From Ignavibacteriales bacterium (GTDB taxonomy: Bacteria; Bacteroidota; Ignavibacteria; Ignavibacteriales; Melioribacteraceae): a stretch of 61,933 bases of DNA. The DNA is taken from NCBI GenBank assembly GCA_016936095.1, contig JAFGPR010000277.1:1-61933 (forward strand), given 5' to 3'. How positions within the stretch are numbered: the stretch's first letter is position 1; every line of letters starts with the position of its first letter. Below, one piece after another: positions 11,065-22,002 of this stretch. The position numbers and the translations under genes are program-made. The notes beneath the pieces were generated by a model. The model had not been told where the DNA came from. It saw only the letters and a list, made by a program, of their open reading frames with translations, and made no database searches.

Positions 11065-11070
11065 ACTTTT

Positions 11071-12966
11071 ATGAGCAAAAAAAATAAAAAAAAGAAAATT
11101 GTAAAATCTTCAGCAGAAAAAAACAAAATTGACGTTAAGAAAAAGAAAAATATTTTACTTACCCTTGGAATAATTCTGTTTGTGGGATTAGTTCTTCGAC
11201 TAATATATGTACTTGAAATAAACAACACACCATTTGCAAATAATTTATTTTCCGATGCAAAAATTTATAACGAATGGGCAAAAAGTATAGTAAGCACGAA
11301 TGACTGGGTTGGAAAAGATGTCTTTTTCATGGCGCCGATTTATCCTTATTTTTTAGCAATAATTTATAAAGTATTTGGTCAATCAATCCTTTTTATTCAA
11401 TTATTGCAAGTAATAATCAGTACTTTTTCTATCTTATTAATTTATATATGTGCTAAAAAATTATTTTTGGAAAAAGTTGCATTGATTAGTGCGGCAATAT
11501 CTTCTGTATATTCTGTTTTTGTCTTTTATTCAGGAGCAATTCTATCTGAAACTTTACAACTTTTTTTCTTTTGTCTTTTTATCTATTATATTATCAAGTC
11601 AAGTGAAAGTAATAAACTTAAACACTGGTTTATCGCAGGAATTTTTGCCGGAATTAGTATCCTGTTTCGTGGTAATTTTTTGTTTATTAGCTTTCTTATT
11701 GTATTGTACATTATTTTTTCTGAGAATGTTAAAGGATTTCTTAACAAGATTAAAAGTACATATAAAAGAATATTAATTTTTACAGCAGGAATTTTACTGA
11801 TAATTTTTCCAGTTACATTAAGAAATTACCTTGTTGGTGACGAGTTTGTTTTGCTTACTTCAAATGGAGGAATAAACTTTTACTTAGGTAACAACCCTAA
11901 TTCGCAAGGAGTATTTATTACACCTCAAGAATTTGACTTTCACAATGATTTAGCGGGACAAAAATATGCCCAAAAAATACTTGGAAGAAATCTAACTGCT
12001 TCAGAAACTTCTTCTTTCTGGTTCAACAAAGGGATTGAATTCATCACAAATAATCCGGGAAATGCAGCAACGCTTTATCTAAAAAAAATATTTCTGTTTT
12101 TCGGACCAAACGAGAATCCTCAATCATTTGTGATGAACAAAGATTTTTTTGCTGACAACTATTCCACAATTCTTCGATTTTTAATTGTTGACTTTAATTT
12201 AATCTCTTTTCTTGCACTCTTTGGTTTGTTCTTATCTTGGTCAAGACGGAAAGAATTGAAATATTTTTACCTAATCTTTTTTGGTTATGCTTTAAGTACA
12301 ATTATATTTTTTGTTAATGGTAGGTTCCGACTTGCTTTAATTCCGCTATTTATTATTTTTTCATCATTTGCTATTTATGAAATTTCTAATTTAATAAAGA
12401 ATAAAAGCTACAAGAAATTTATCACACCAATTTCTTTAACTTCTGTTTTTGCTTTGATTTATTATTTGTTCATTCCTTTACCTAAATTCACAGATTATGA
12501 TGCTTATCTGCAACTCGGAAATATTGCTTATAATGAGGGTAAAATTGATGAAGCAATTCTAAATTATGAGAAGTCACTTTCACTTCAGGAAAATTATTTG
12601 ACTTACGTTAATCTTGGGAATTCATATGGAGTACTAAACGATTTCAAAAATGCCGATTACTATTACAGAAAAGCAATAAAATTAAATCCTGAAAATCCTT
12701 TAGGATATTTTAATTGGGGATCTTTATATTTCTTAGCAAACAAACTAAAAGAAGCAGAAGTTATATATTTAAAAACTCTTCAAGTGGATCCATATTTTGA
12801 ACAAGCAATAGTAAATCTTGCAAATATTTATTTCATTACAGAGCAATATGAGAAAGCAATAGGATATTATGAGTTTTATCTAACCGTCGCTAAAGATATA
12901 AATATGAAAAATACTGTAAAATTAGATCTTGAAAATGCCAAAAAAAAATTAAGTGAAACGAAATAA
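11071..12966 (+). CDS. GT39/ArnT-like membrane glycosyltransferase with C-terminal TPR repeats
   Basis: Lys-rich N-terminus and about 10 TM segments resembling the ArnT/PMT family. The C-terminal ~150 aa carry TPR-like repeats (AYNEGKIDEAILNYEKSL, YYYRKAIKLNPENP). Confidence 0.7.
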   Translation: MSKKNKKKKIVKSSAEKNKIDVKKKKNILLTLGIILFVGLVLRLIYVLEINNTPFANNLFSDAKIYNEWAKSIVSTNDWVGKDVFFMAPIYPYFLAIIYKVFGQSILFIQLLQVIISTFSILLIYICAKKLFLEKVALISAAISSVYSVFVFYSGAILSETLQLFFFCLFIYYIIKSSESNKLKHWFIAGIFAGISILFRGNFLFISFLIVLYIIFSENVKGFLNKIKSTYKRILIFTAGILLIIFPVTLRNYLVGDEFVLLTSNGGINFYLGNNPNSQGVFITPQEFDFHNDLAGQKYAQKILGRNLTASETSSFWFNKGIEFITNNPGNAATLYLKKIFLFFGPNENPQSFVMNKDFFADNYSTILRFLIVDFNLISFLALFGLFLSWSRRKELKYFYLIFFGYALSTIIFFVNGRFRLALIPLFIIFSSFAIYEISNLIKNKSYKKFITPISLTSVFALIYYLFIPLPKFTDYDAYLQLGNIAYNEGKIDEAILNYEKSLSLQENYLTYVNLGNSYGVLNDFKNADYYYRKAIKLNPENPLGYFNWGSLYFLANKLKEAEVIYLKTLQVDPYFEQAIVNLANIYFITEQYEKAIGYYEFYLTVAKDINMKNTVKLDLENAKKKLSETK

Positions 12967-13078
12967 TATTTACTTGAAATTTTAATTTATGTTATATAAA
13001 ATATTTTATCAAAAGCAATTGTTCTTTTTACTTTTTTAGTTTTATCTTTCAACGTTAACATAAATTATTTTTGTAAAA

Positions 13079-13528
13079 ATGATATTTATTAAAGTGAAAA
13101 GAATCTCACAGGATTTTTCGGATATACCGTTACCAAAGTATGCAACTGAAGGTAGTTCAGGTATGGACATACGAGCTGCGGTTTCTGAGAAAATTGAAAT
13201 TCTTCCAAATAAGTTCACTGTAGTACCGACTAATCTTATTTTTGAAATCCCAAATGGTTATGAAATACAAGTAAGACCAAGAAGTGGACTTGCAGCAAAT
13301 AATGGTATAGGTATTTTAAATTCACCTGGAACAATTGACTCTGATTACCGTGGCGAATTAAAAGTTATTTTGTTTAACTTCTCCGATAAGGCATTTGCAA
13401 TCAATAGAGGGGATAGAATAGCACAAATCGTAATTAATAAAATATTCAAAAGTAATCTGGAAGAAGTTACGGATATATCTAAAACTGAAAGGGGAGAAGG
13501 CGGATTCGGTCATTCAGGAAAACACTAA
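13079..13528 (+). CDS. dut: dUTP diphosphatase
   Basis: Motifs GSSGMDIRA, RPRSGLA, GTIDSDYRGEL and RGEGGFGHSG. Confidence 0.93.
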   Translation: MIFIKVKRISQDFSDIPLPKYATEGSSGMDIRAAVSEKIEILPNKFTVVPTNLIFEIPNGYEIQVRPRSGLAANNGIGILNSPGTIDSDYRGELKVILFNFSDKAFAINRGDRIAQIVINKIFKSNLEEVTDISKTERGEGGFGHSGKH

Positions 13529-13585
13529 ATGGAAATTATTGCTCTAATAATTTTTTAATATATGTATTACATATAAAATTTTCAA

Positions 13586-16500
13586 ATGTCAGAATTTATT
13601 CATTTACATAATCATTCACACTATAGTCTACAAGATGGTGCTTGCACAATAGATACTCTTCTCGATACCACTATTAAAAATAATATGTCAGCGATTGCAT
13701 TAACTGACCATGGTGTTATGTATGGTGCATTTGAATTTTATAAAAAGGCACGCGAAAGAAACATCAAACCAATAATTGGGATAGAAGCATATATAACTTT
13801 AGACGGCTCAAGATTTGAAAAGGGTAAGGGGAGTGACGATAACTCTAACGGTCGTAAGCAATCTAAACATTATAATCATCTGATTTTACTTGCAAAGAAT
13901 AAAGATGGGTATAAGAATCTTATCAAACTTTCAACAATAGGTTTTTTAGAGGGATTCTATTACAAACCTCGGATTGATCTTGAAGTATTAGAAAAATATA
14001 AAGACAACTTGATTTGTACTACAGCTTGTGCTCATGGAATTATTCCTCCGCACCTTATTTCTGGTGAATATGAAAAGGCAAAACGAATAGCAAAGAAATT
14101 TAAAGATCTGTTTGGAGATGATTTTTATTTAGAAATTCAGGACCACAATTTACCCGATGAAAAAATCATTATACAAGGAATGGCAAAATTATCGAAAGAC
14201 TTAAATATAAAATTAGTGGCAACAAATGATATTCATTATATTGAGAAAGGACACGCAATTGCTCATAATATTTTATTATTGTTATCAGATAAAACAGGAA
14301 ATGCGGATTACCACCAATTAAGATATCAAACCGATGAGATTTATTTCAAGTCAGCTGATGAAATGGTTGAATTATTTAAAGACTATCCCCAAGCAATTGA
14401 AAGTACACTAGAAATTTCTGATAAAGTAAATATAAGCTTGGATGAGAAGAAACATCAATTCCCAAATTTTCCAATTCCGAAGGATTCAAAAGCAAAAACA
14501 TTGGAGGAATATTTACGACATGTTGCAGAAAAAGGATTAGGAAAAAGATTTGATGTAATTACGGATGAAATTAGCAAGAGATTTGAATATGAACTGGATG
14601 TAATTAATAAGATGGGATTTGCAGGATATTTTTTAATTGTTCAGGATTTTATTAAAGCCGCAAAAGAAAGAAATATCCCTGTAGGATGTGGAAGAGGAAG
14701 TGCTGCAGGTAGTCTTGTCGCGTATGCACTTGAAATAACGGAAGTAAATCCGCTGGAATATAATTTGTTGTTTGAGAGATTCCTAAATCCTGCAAGACGT
14801 TCAATGCCCGATATAGATATTGATTTCGCCGATGATCAAAGAGAAAAAATAATTCAATATGTAAAAGAGAAATATGGTGAAGAATCCGTTTGTCAAATTA
14901 TTACTTTTAATAGATTATCTTCCAAAGCTGTTATCAAGGATGTTGCTCGTGTATTAAAAATTTCTATACAAACTGCCGAAGAAATTACAAAGAAAATTCC
15001 CTCTAAATTTGGCAAAGTATATTCTATCGATCAAGCACTTAACGAAGTAATTGAATTAAAGGAAATTCGGGATTCTAAAGATCCAATGATTATTGAACTT
15101 TTGAAATATTCCCGTGTTTTGGAAGGGATGAATAGAAATGCTTCAAAGCATGCTGCTGGCGTTGTTATAACTCCTGGACCTGCTGTTGAACATGTACCAT
15201 TATGTTTAGCTGGTAATGATAATGAAATTGTTTCTCAATTTAATATGAAGGATCTTGAGGATGTTGGTCTATTGAAAATGGATTTTCTTGGTTTAAGGAC
15301 TTTATCAATTATTCGTGATACTGTTGAATTAGTAAAGAAAACTCGCAATGAAGAAATAGATATTTACAAAATACCATTGAACGATGCAAAAACTTATGAA
15401 TTATTTTCCAAAGGTCAAACAACAGGTGTGTTCCAGTTTGAATCTGCACCAATGCGTGAGTATTTAAAAAAATTAAAGCCAAATTGTATTGAAGATCTTG
15501 CAGCAATGAATGCATTACACAGACCTGGTCCAATGGAAAATATAGATGATTTTATAGGACGAAAACAGGGTAAGAAAAAGGTTCAATATTTAAGTCCGCT
15601 TCTTGAGCCTATTTTAATGTCAACTTATGGTATAATCGTATACCAAGAACAAATAATTCAAATTGCCAACCAGATTGGTGGTATGAGTCTAGCTGAAGCT
15701 GATATTTTGAGACGAGCTATGGGCAAGAAGCTTACTGAAGCGATGAAAAAGCAAAAAGAAGCATTTGTTAGAGGTGCTCAGGAAAATAATATAAACAAAA
15801 AAATTGCAAATGATATATTTATATTAATAGATAAATTTGCAAATTACGGTTTTAATAAAAGTCATGCTGTTGCTTATAGTATTATTGCATATCAGACTGC
15901 TTTTTTAAAAACATATCATTTAGAAGAATTTCTTGCTGCGAATCTTACAAACGAAGTGCATAATCCAACTAAAGTTACGAATTTTTTAGAGGATTGCAGA
16001 AAATTAAATATCAAAGTTTTACCACCTAATGTTAATAAACCATCTGTTTATTTTAATGTTGAAGAAGACAAAATTATTTTTGGTATGTCAGCGATTAAAA
16101 ATGTAGGTATAAATGCTGTGGAAGAAATTATTAGTACTCATAATAAAATTGAACGTGACTTTACAAGCATCTTTGATTTCTGTGCAAATGTAGATAATAG
16201 AATAATTAATAAAAGGGCACTTGAAAGTCTGATATTGGCTGGTGCTTTTGATTATGTTAAGGGAAACAGGGCACAAAATTACGAAGTAGTTGAATCCGCT
16301 ATTGAATATGGTAGAAAAGTGAAAAATATTAAAGAAAAATTAACAGATAATTTATTCGGTCGGGAAGAAGATATAATTAAAATTGATGAGCCCAAACTTC
16401 CTAATGTACAACAATGGGAAACAAAGGAGATGCTTTCGAGAGAGAGAAAGGTATTAGGATTTTATTTAACTGATCATCCACTTCGAAAATATGAATACGA

Positions 16501-17050
16501 ATACTTTAATTTTGCAAGTGTTCATCTTGGAGAAACAGAAAATTGCGAAGATGGCAGTATAGTTAGGGTTTGTGGAGTAATAACTAATGTAAAAATAAAA
16601 TATGATAAAGCTGAAAAAAAAATGGCTATTTTTAGTGTAGATGATTTTTCAGGTTCATGTGATTGTATTATATTCTCACGCGATTATCAAAAATATTCAG
16701 ATTTAATCAAAATGGAATCGACAATACTCGCAATAGGTAAACTTGAAAGTAGCGGTGATTCGGTTAAAATAATGATTCAAGAAATAATACCACTCGCTGA
16801 TTCATTGAAAAAATTAACAAAAAAGATAGTACTCGAACTTGATGAAAAAATTCATAGTTATGATACAATACTTGAACTGAGAAATATATTTGAAAATAAC
16901 ATCGGTGAAGTTCCTATTTATTTGAGAATAAAACAAGAAAATGGAAATCGTGAGTTTTCAATAGATTTTAAAATAAGTCCTTCGAAGAATTTAATTGATA
17001 CAGTAACAAGCATATTAGGTCCAAATTCATTATCAATTTCTTTAATTTAA
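13586..17050 (+). CDS. dnaE: DNA polymerase III alpha subunit
   Basis: 1154 aa. PHP domain HLHNHSHYSLQDG, GRGSAAGSLVAY, FNKSHAVAYS and a C-terminal OB-fold region. Confidence 0.95.
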   Translation: MSEFIHLHNHSHYSLQDGACTIDTLLDTTIKNNMSAIALTDHGVMYGAFEFYKKARERNIKPIIGIEAYITLDGSRFEKGKGSDDNSNGRKQSKHYNHLILLAKNKDGYKNLIKLSTIGFLEGFYYKPRIDLEVLEKYKDNLICTTACAHGIIPPHLISGEYEKAKRIAKKFKDLFGDDFYLEIQDHNLPDEKIIIQGMAKLSKDLNIKLVATNDIHYIEKGHAIAHNILLLLSDKTGNADYHQLRYQTDEIYFKSADEMVELFKDYPQAIESTLEISDKVNISLDEKKHQFPNFPIPKDSKAKTLEEYLRHVAEKGLGKRFDVITDEISKRFEYELDVINKMGFAGYFLIVQDFIKAAKERNIPVGCGRGSAAGSLVAYALEITEVNPLEYNLLFERFLNPARRSMPDIDIDFADDQREKIIQYVKEKYGEESVCQIITFNRLSSKAVIKDVARVLKISIQTAEEITKKIPSKFGKVYSIDQALNEVIELKEIRDSKDPMIIELLKYSRVLEGMNRNASKHAAGVVITPGPAVEHVPLCLAGNDNEIVSQFNMKDLEDVGLLKMDFLGLRTLSIIRDTVELVKKTRNEEIDIYKIPLNDAKTYELFSKGQTTGVFQFESAPMREYLKKLKPNCIEDLAAMNALHRPGPMENIDDFIGRKQGKKKVQYLSPLLEPILMSTYGIIVYQEQIIQIANQIGGMSLAEADILRRAMGKKLTEAMKKQKEAFVRGAQENNINKKIANDIFILIDKFANYGFNKSHAVAYSIIAYQTAFLKTYHLEEFLAANLTNEVHNPTKVTNFLEDCRKLNIKVLPPNVNKPSVYFNVEEDKIIFGMSAIKNVGINAVEEIISTHNKIERDFTSIFDFCANVDNRIINKRALESLILAGAFDYVKGNRAQNYEVVESAIEYGRKVKNIKEKLTDNLFGREEDIIKIDEPKLPNVQQWETKEMLSRERKVLGFYLTDHPLRKYEYEYFNFASVHLGETENCEDGSIVRVCGVITNVKIKYDKAEKKMAIFSVDDFSGSCDCIIFSRDYQKYSDLIKMESTILAIGKLESSGDSVKIMIQEIIPLADSLKKLTKKIVLELDEKIHSYDTILELRNIFENNIGEVPIYLRIKQENGNREFSIDFKISPSKNLIDTVTSILGPNSLSISLI

Positions 17051-17189
17051 GCAAATTTTTTAATAAAGAAAATTTTGATTTGAATATTTGAATATACTTG
17101 TAACTTTTATATTTTTGCGGTTAGTTATTTGCATTATTATTTTTTAAAAGCAAAAACAATGATTTCTAAAACTAAGTAAGGATAAAATT

Positions 17190-18341
17190 ATGTTTGAACT
17201 TAAGTTAACAGAAGAGCAAAATATGCTTCGTGATATGGTTAAAGATTTTGTTGATAAAGAAATAAAACCTATCGCTGCTAAAATAGATGACGAAGAACAA
17301 ATACCTAAAGAGATTATGAAGAAGTTAGGTGAACTCGGTTTGATGGGTGTTTCATTCCCAGAGGAATATGGAGGTAGTGGATTAGGGGAGGTTGGATACT
17401 GTATAATGCAGGAGGAAATTTCTAGAGGATGTCTTTCTGTTGCTACTTTCATTGGAGCTCATCAATCAATTGGTGCAAATACTATATATCTTGGTGGAAA
17501 TGAAGAACAAAAACAAAAATATTTGGTTCCATTAGCATCAGGAAATAAGATAGCTTGTTACTGTTTAACAGAAGCTAATGCTGGATCTGATGCTTTCAAT
17601 TTAAGAACAAAAGCTGTGCTTGATGGAAACGAGTGGGTTTTAAATGGTGAAAAAATGTGGATTACAAATGGAGGCATTGCAGATATTGCAGCAGTCTATG
17701 CAAGAACAGAAAGAGGTATTAGCGGATTTATTGTTGAGACAAAAACACCAGGCTTTATCCCCGGTCCGAAAGAAAAAAAAATGGGTATTCGTGGTAGTAT
17801 GACTAATGCAATTACATTTGATAATGTTAGAATACCAAAAGAAAATCTATTAGGTGAAGATGGACGTGGATTTTTACTAGCCATGAAAACACTTGATGCT
17901 GGAAGACTCGGATTAGGTGCTGCCTGTATAGGTGCTGCTAAAGAATTATTAGAGAAATCAACAAAATATGCAAAAGAAAGAAAACAATTCGGTCAACAAA
18001 TATCAAAATTTCAGGCGATTCAATTTTATCTTGCTGAAATGGCAACTATGATATACAATATGGAATCAATTGTTTATAGGACTGCTTACGAATATGATTT
18101 AAAGAAAGACATTTCAACAAAATCTGCAATGGTAAAATTATATTGTTCCGATTGTTTAGTAAAAATATCAGACCTTGCTGTTCAAATTCATGGTGGAATG
18201 GGCTTTTCGAAAGAATTATTTATTGAACGGTTTTACAGAGACGCAAGAATTAATACTATATTCGAAGGGACAAATGAAATTCAGAAAGGAATTATTGCGC
18301 GAGATATTTTAAAGAAAAATGGAGTAATGAGAATTAAATAG
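17190..18341 (+). CDS. Acyl-CoA dehydrogenase (short/medium-chain type)
   Basis: 383 aa with CLTEANAGSD, WITNGG, QIHGGMGF and FEGTNEIQ motifs. Confidence 0.88.
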   Translation: MFELKLTEEQNMLRDMVKDFVDKEIKPIAAKIDDEEQIPKEIMKKLGELGLMGVSFPEEYGGSGLGEVGYCIMQEEISRGCLSVATFIGAHQSIGANTIYLGGNEEQKQKYLVPLASGNKIACYCLTEANAGSDAFNLRTKAVLDGNEWVLNGEKMWITNGGIADIAAVYARTERGISGFIVETKTPGFIPGPKEKKMGIRGSMTNAITFDNVRIPKENLLGEDGRGFLLAMKTLDAGRLGLGAACIGAAKELLEKSTKYAKERKQFGQQISKFQAIQFYLAEMATMIYNMESIVYRTAYEYDLKKDISTKSAMVKLYCSDCLVKISDLAVQIHGGMGFSKELFIERFYRDARINTIFEGTNEIQKGIIARDILKKNGVMRIK

Positions 18342-18351
18342 GATTTATAGA

Positions 18352-18672
18352 ATGGAACCATATATATTCACAGATCAAAATTTTAATGAAGAAGTTGTCA
18401 AATCGGATAAATTGGTATTGGTCGATTTCTGGGCGGTATGGTGTGGACCTTGTAAAATGATTACACAAACTGTTAAAGACTTGGCAAATGAATATTCTGA
18501 TATAATAAAAGTTGGAAAACTAGATGTTGATAATAATCCTGTTGTTCCAACCAATTATGGTATAAGGAGTATTCCTACAGTTTTATTTTTTAAAAACGGT
18601 TCTATAGTTGATTCGGTTGTTGGTGCAGTACAAAAAGAAAAATTTGTAGAAAAAATAATAAATTTTAAGTAA
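18352..18672 (+). CDS. trxA: Thioredoxin
   Basis: 106 aa with active site WAVWCGPCK. Confidence 0.93.
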   Translation: MEPYIFTDQNFNEEVVKSDKLVLVDFWAVWCGPCKMITQTVKDLANEYSDIIKVGKLDVDNNPVVPTNYGIRSIPTVLFFKNGSIVDSVVGAVQKEKFVEKIINFK

Positions 18673-18712
18673 TTTATCAATTTAATATATTATAAATTAT
18701 ATTTATTTAAAC

Positions 18713-18741
18713 TTGACAATAAAATCAAGTTTTAGTATTTT
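18713..18741 (+). promoter_or_regulatory. Candidate sigma-70-type promoter for the 18906 operon
   Basis: TTGACA (18713-18718), 17-nt spacer, TATTTT (18736-18741), about 165 nt upstream of the start codon. Chance matches are frequent in AT-rich intergenic DNA. Confidence 0.3.
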
Positions 18742-18905
18742 GTTTACCAAAATAAAGAAAATTTAACATTTTTAATAAAATATTAAAATTTTGTTCTTTG
18801 AACTTACTTTATTGAAATAAGTTCCAATATTTTTTTCAGTTTTTATAATACATTATTCAAATAAATAAAAACTAAACATTTTTTTTCAATAAAAAGGAGC
18901 AGGAT

Positions 18906-21900
18906 ATGCATCGAAAATTGATCTACTTTATGCTGTTTCTATCCTTAACTGCAATGGTATTTGCAGGTACAAAGGGTAGGATTAAGGGACAGGTCGTCGA
19001 TATTCAAACAGGCGAACCCTTAATCGGTGCTAACGTCGTTGTTGTTGGTACTAACTTTGGTGCCGCAACTGATGCTAGCGGCGAATTTGTTCTGATGAAT
19101 TTGGAAGCTGGAGAATATGATTTGAAAGTTTCCTACATCGGATATCAAAGTATTACTTTGACAGGAGTAAGAGTAAATGCAGACTTGACAACTGAAGTAA
19201 CTGTTGAACTTCCTAAAACAGATTTCACAGTTGAAACAGTTATTGTACAAGCTGAAAGACCTCTTATTATTAAAGACCAAACAAGTTCTGTGCAAGTAAC
19301 TACCAATGACGAAATTCAAAACTTGCCAGTTCGTGGTATGACTAACATTATTTCTTTAAGCGCTGGTGTCGTTGATTACAACGGTATTCACTTAAGAGGT
19401 AGCCGTTCAGATGAAGTTGCTTTCTATCTCGACGGTGTTTCTATTAAAAATCCGATGGGTGGTGGAAGACTTGTTAGTGTACCCAATGATGCAATTGAAG
19501 AGATTCAAGTAGAAACTGGTGGTTATTCAGCAGAATATGGTGATGCGAATGGTGGTATTGTTCGTTCTTCTTTAAGAACTGGTTCAAACGAATACCGTGC
19601 TAGCCTTGAAGTTATGACTGATAATATTGCTTTCAAGAGCAAAGAAGATTTCTATAATCAGGAAGAGGAATTAGGAAGATACTGGTATGGCTATAACGAA
19701 TTAAGTGCTGTTTTAAGTGGTCCTTTTATTCCCGAATCAAAAGTTGCAAAATTCTTCTTAAACTTTAACTACATATATGATAAAGATAGAAGCAAACAAG
19801 GTTACGAAGGATTTGATTATGGATATTTTGGTGATGGACTTTCTAGTGATCCAATAAACAATGATAGTATTAATTTAGTTTATCCAAAAGGTGTTTTAAA
19901 AAATAATGCCGGTCAACAGTATGGTTTAGCTGGTACAATTACTTTAGATCTAAATCCAGTTACTTTCAAACTTGGTGGAACTTACTTTATGAGAGATTAT
20001 GAAGTCGGAGCTAATGGAATTGCCAGTTTAATTCAAAATATGACAGGAAAAGACGAATATAAAGATGGTGCTTTCAGTTTGAAGATGACGCATGTGCTCA
20101 GTCCTTCTATGTTCTATGAAATTATTGGTGGTATAACTGTATGGGATAGAGAACAAGGTACACCAGGAATTTGGGATGATTATTGGAGATATGGAGATAG
20201 CGTTGCTGTTGCTGGAGCTTTAGGAGGACCTTGGGAAAGAAGACCAATAGATTTAGTTACTGGCGCTTTCGGAAGATATGTTAATTCAAATGCCACTGTT
20301 TATGATCTTTTTGGATTTCCATTTAATTATGAAGGAGCAATTCCAGCAACTTATCTAAAACAAAATAGGAATAGCTGGTCAATCGGCGGTAAATTCACTT
20401 ATCTGATTGGCAAAACACATTCAATTATTATCGGAGGTGATTACAGACAATGGACAATTAGGAGCTGGTCAGCTAGAGGACAATTAGACAATGCCTATAG
20501 TATTGCAAAAGCTTTATATAATAGAGGATTACTTTCAGGTTATTCATTTCAAAATACTACTATTTATACGGGAGATGTTTGGGAAGCATTGAAAGTTGCA
20601 GGGTCAGGGTTCGAAGATTCAATAAAAACTGCACTATTAATGCAAGATGGGGTTAGTAATTATGGTTATGATGTACAAGGTAACCTCATTGATGATGAGG
20701 GATTATATGCTCCTAAAAAACCCGTAACAGCAGGTTTCTATCTTGAAGATAAAATCGAATATGAAGATATAATTCTTAAATTGGGTGTACGATACGATTA
20801 CTTTGATATTGATAACTATAAGATGGTTGACCCAACGATGCCAGATTTAAGTATTCTTAATAATGGGGATGTAATTGAATCAGGTTGGGAAAAAACAGCT
20901 GTAAGAAGTTACATTAGTCCAAGAGTTAGTTTATCATTCCCAGTTACTGACAAGACGGTATTCCACGCTGGCTTTGGTAAGTTTATTCAAATGCCTGACT
21001 TAAGCCAAATTTACAATGGTGTTCATAACTGGGCTTATCAAATCGCTGGTGGTTTCTTCTTTTCTGCTCCAGCAGCATTTGATCTTCAACCAGTCAGAAA
21101 AACTCACTATGCTATTGGTTTCCGTCAGGAATTAACAGATTTCTTAGCATTTGACATTACTGGTTATTATGATGATGTTAAAGGTCAGATTTATTTTGAT
21201 CTTAATACAACCGATGTTGCTGGTGGAAGTAAATATCAATCTTATACAACCAAATCTAATGGTGACTTTCAAACATCAAAAGGGGTTGAATTAACTCTTA
21301 CTATGAGAAGATATCAAAGATTTATGGCTAACGCTACCTTTACATTCCAGGATGCAAGGGGAACGGGTTCGTATCCAAATTCGAATTCCGGTGTAGTTGG
21401 TGCTCCTCTTGATGGTGTTACTATATATAGACCTCTTTATGTTTCTCCACTTGAGTTTAATAGAGGATTTACTGGTGTATTAAATCTTGATTATAGATTT
21501 GGTGAAAACGATGGTCCTGTATCAATGTTACATCAATTCGGCGCAAATTTACTATTGAGTATAAACTCTGGACATCCATTTACTAGAGGTACTGGTGGAA
21601 GAAATATGGAAACTGACGGACGTGATAGAAGACCATTAGAACCATTAGGTTCTTCAACTACTCCAAGTCAATTTAGAGTTGATCTTAGAATTGATAAAAC
21701 ATTCAAAATTTATGATAAATTAGCAGCAAATTTCTACATCAAAGTTTTGAATTTATTTAATAATGAAAACGTAAATGATGTATATAGAAGATCTGGTGCT
21801 GCTGATGATGACGGATATATTTCGAATCCTGAATTAGGTGGTACTTTAATTAATACTTATGGACCAGTTTATGAAGATTTGTATAAAGATATGGTGATCA

Positions 21901-21962
21901 ACTATAACGGATTTTATGGTCAAGCTCGCCAGATCATTCTTGGTTTTAGACTTGAGTATTAA
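18906..21962 (+). CDS. TonB-dependent-receptor-type outer-membrane barrel with N-terminal carboxypeptidase-regulatory-like domain
   Basis: - Signal peptide present.
- GRIKGQVVDIQTGEPLIGANVVVVGTNFGAATDASGEFVL...YDLKVSYIGYQS matches the CarboxypepD_reg pattern.
- Plug-like LPVRGMTNIISLSAGVV...HLRGSRSDEVAFYLDGVSI...IEEIQVETGGYSAEYGDANGGIV.
- 1018 aa, with an aromatic C-terminus ...LGFRLEY.
- aggagc sits 6 nt upstream of the ATG. Confidence 0.8.
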   Translation: MHRKLIYFMLFLSLTAMVFAGTKGRIKGQVVDIQTGEPLIGANVVVVGTNFGAATDASGEFVLMNLEAGEYDLKVSYIGYQSITLTGVRVNADLTTEVTVELPKTDFTVETVIVQAERPLIIKDQTSSVQVTTNDEIQNLPVRGMTNIISLSAGVVDYNGIHLRGSRSDEVAFYLDGVSIKNPMGGGRLVSVPNDAIEEIQVETGGYSAEYGDANGGIVRSSLRTGSNEYRASLEVMTDNIAFKSKEDFYNQEEELGRYWYGYNELSAVLSGPFIPESKVAKFFLNFNYIYDKDRSKQGYEGFDYGYFGDGLSSDPINNDSINLVYPKGVLKNNAGQQYGLAGTITLDLNPVTFKLGGTYFMRDYEVGANGIASLIQNMTGKDEYKDGAFSLKMTHVLSPSMFYEIIGGITVWDREQGTPGIWDDYWRYGDSVAVAGALGGPWERRPIDLVTGAFGRYVNSNATVYDLFGFPFNYEGAIPATYLKQNRNSWSIGGKFTYLIGKTHSIIIGGDYRQWTIRSWSARGQLDNAYSIAKALYNRGLLSGYSFQNTTIYTGDVWEALKVAGSGFEDSIKTALLMQDGVSNYGYDVQGNLIDDEGLYAPKKPVTAGFYLEDKIEYEDIILKLGVRYDYFDIDNYKMVDPTMPDLSILNNGDVIESGWEKTAVRSYISPRVSLSFPVTDKTVFHAGFGKFIQMPDLSQIYNGVHNWAYQIAGGFFFSAPAAFDLQPVRKTHYAIGFRQELTDFLAFDITGYYDDVKGQIYFDLNTTDVAGGSKYQSYTTKSNGDFQTSKGVELTLTMRRYQRFMANATFTFQDARGTGSYPNSNSGVVGAPLDGVTIYRPLYVSPLEFNRGFTGVLNLDYRFGENDGPVSMLHQFGANLLLSINSGHPFTRGTGGRNMETDGRDRRPLEPLGSSTTPSQFRVDLRIDKTFKIYDKLAANFYIKVLNLFNNENVNDVYRRSGAADDDGYISNPELGGTLINTYGPVYEDLYKDMVINYNGFYGQARQIILGFRLEY

Positions 21963-22002
21963 TTTAAACTCTTGTGTAAACATAAATAAATGGAGATATA
22001 AT

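Noticed and set aside
17080-17117. Tandem TTGAATAT TTGAATAT and a TAnnTTTG-like element (TATTTTTG, 17110-17117) upstream of the acyl-CoA dehydrogenase gene, as a Bacteroidota-style promoter
   Set aside because: It is plausible, but such AT-rich matches are common here and the sigma-factor specificity of this organism is unknown. The evidence is not strong enough for a feature call.
21916-22002. N-terminal extension of the giant protein ORF overlapping the TonB-dependent barrel gene by 47 nt
   Set aside because: The internal ATG at 22003 has a GGAG-like motif upstream and yields a proper signal peptide. The extension (MVKLARSFLVLDLSINLNSC...) looks non-coding.
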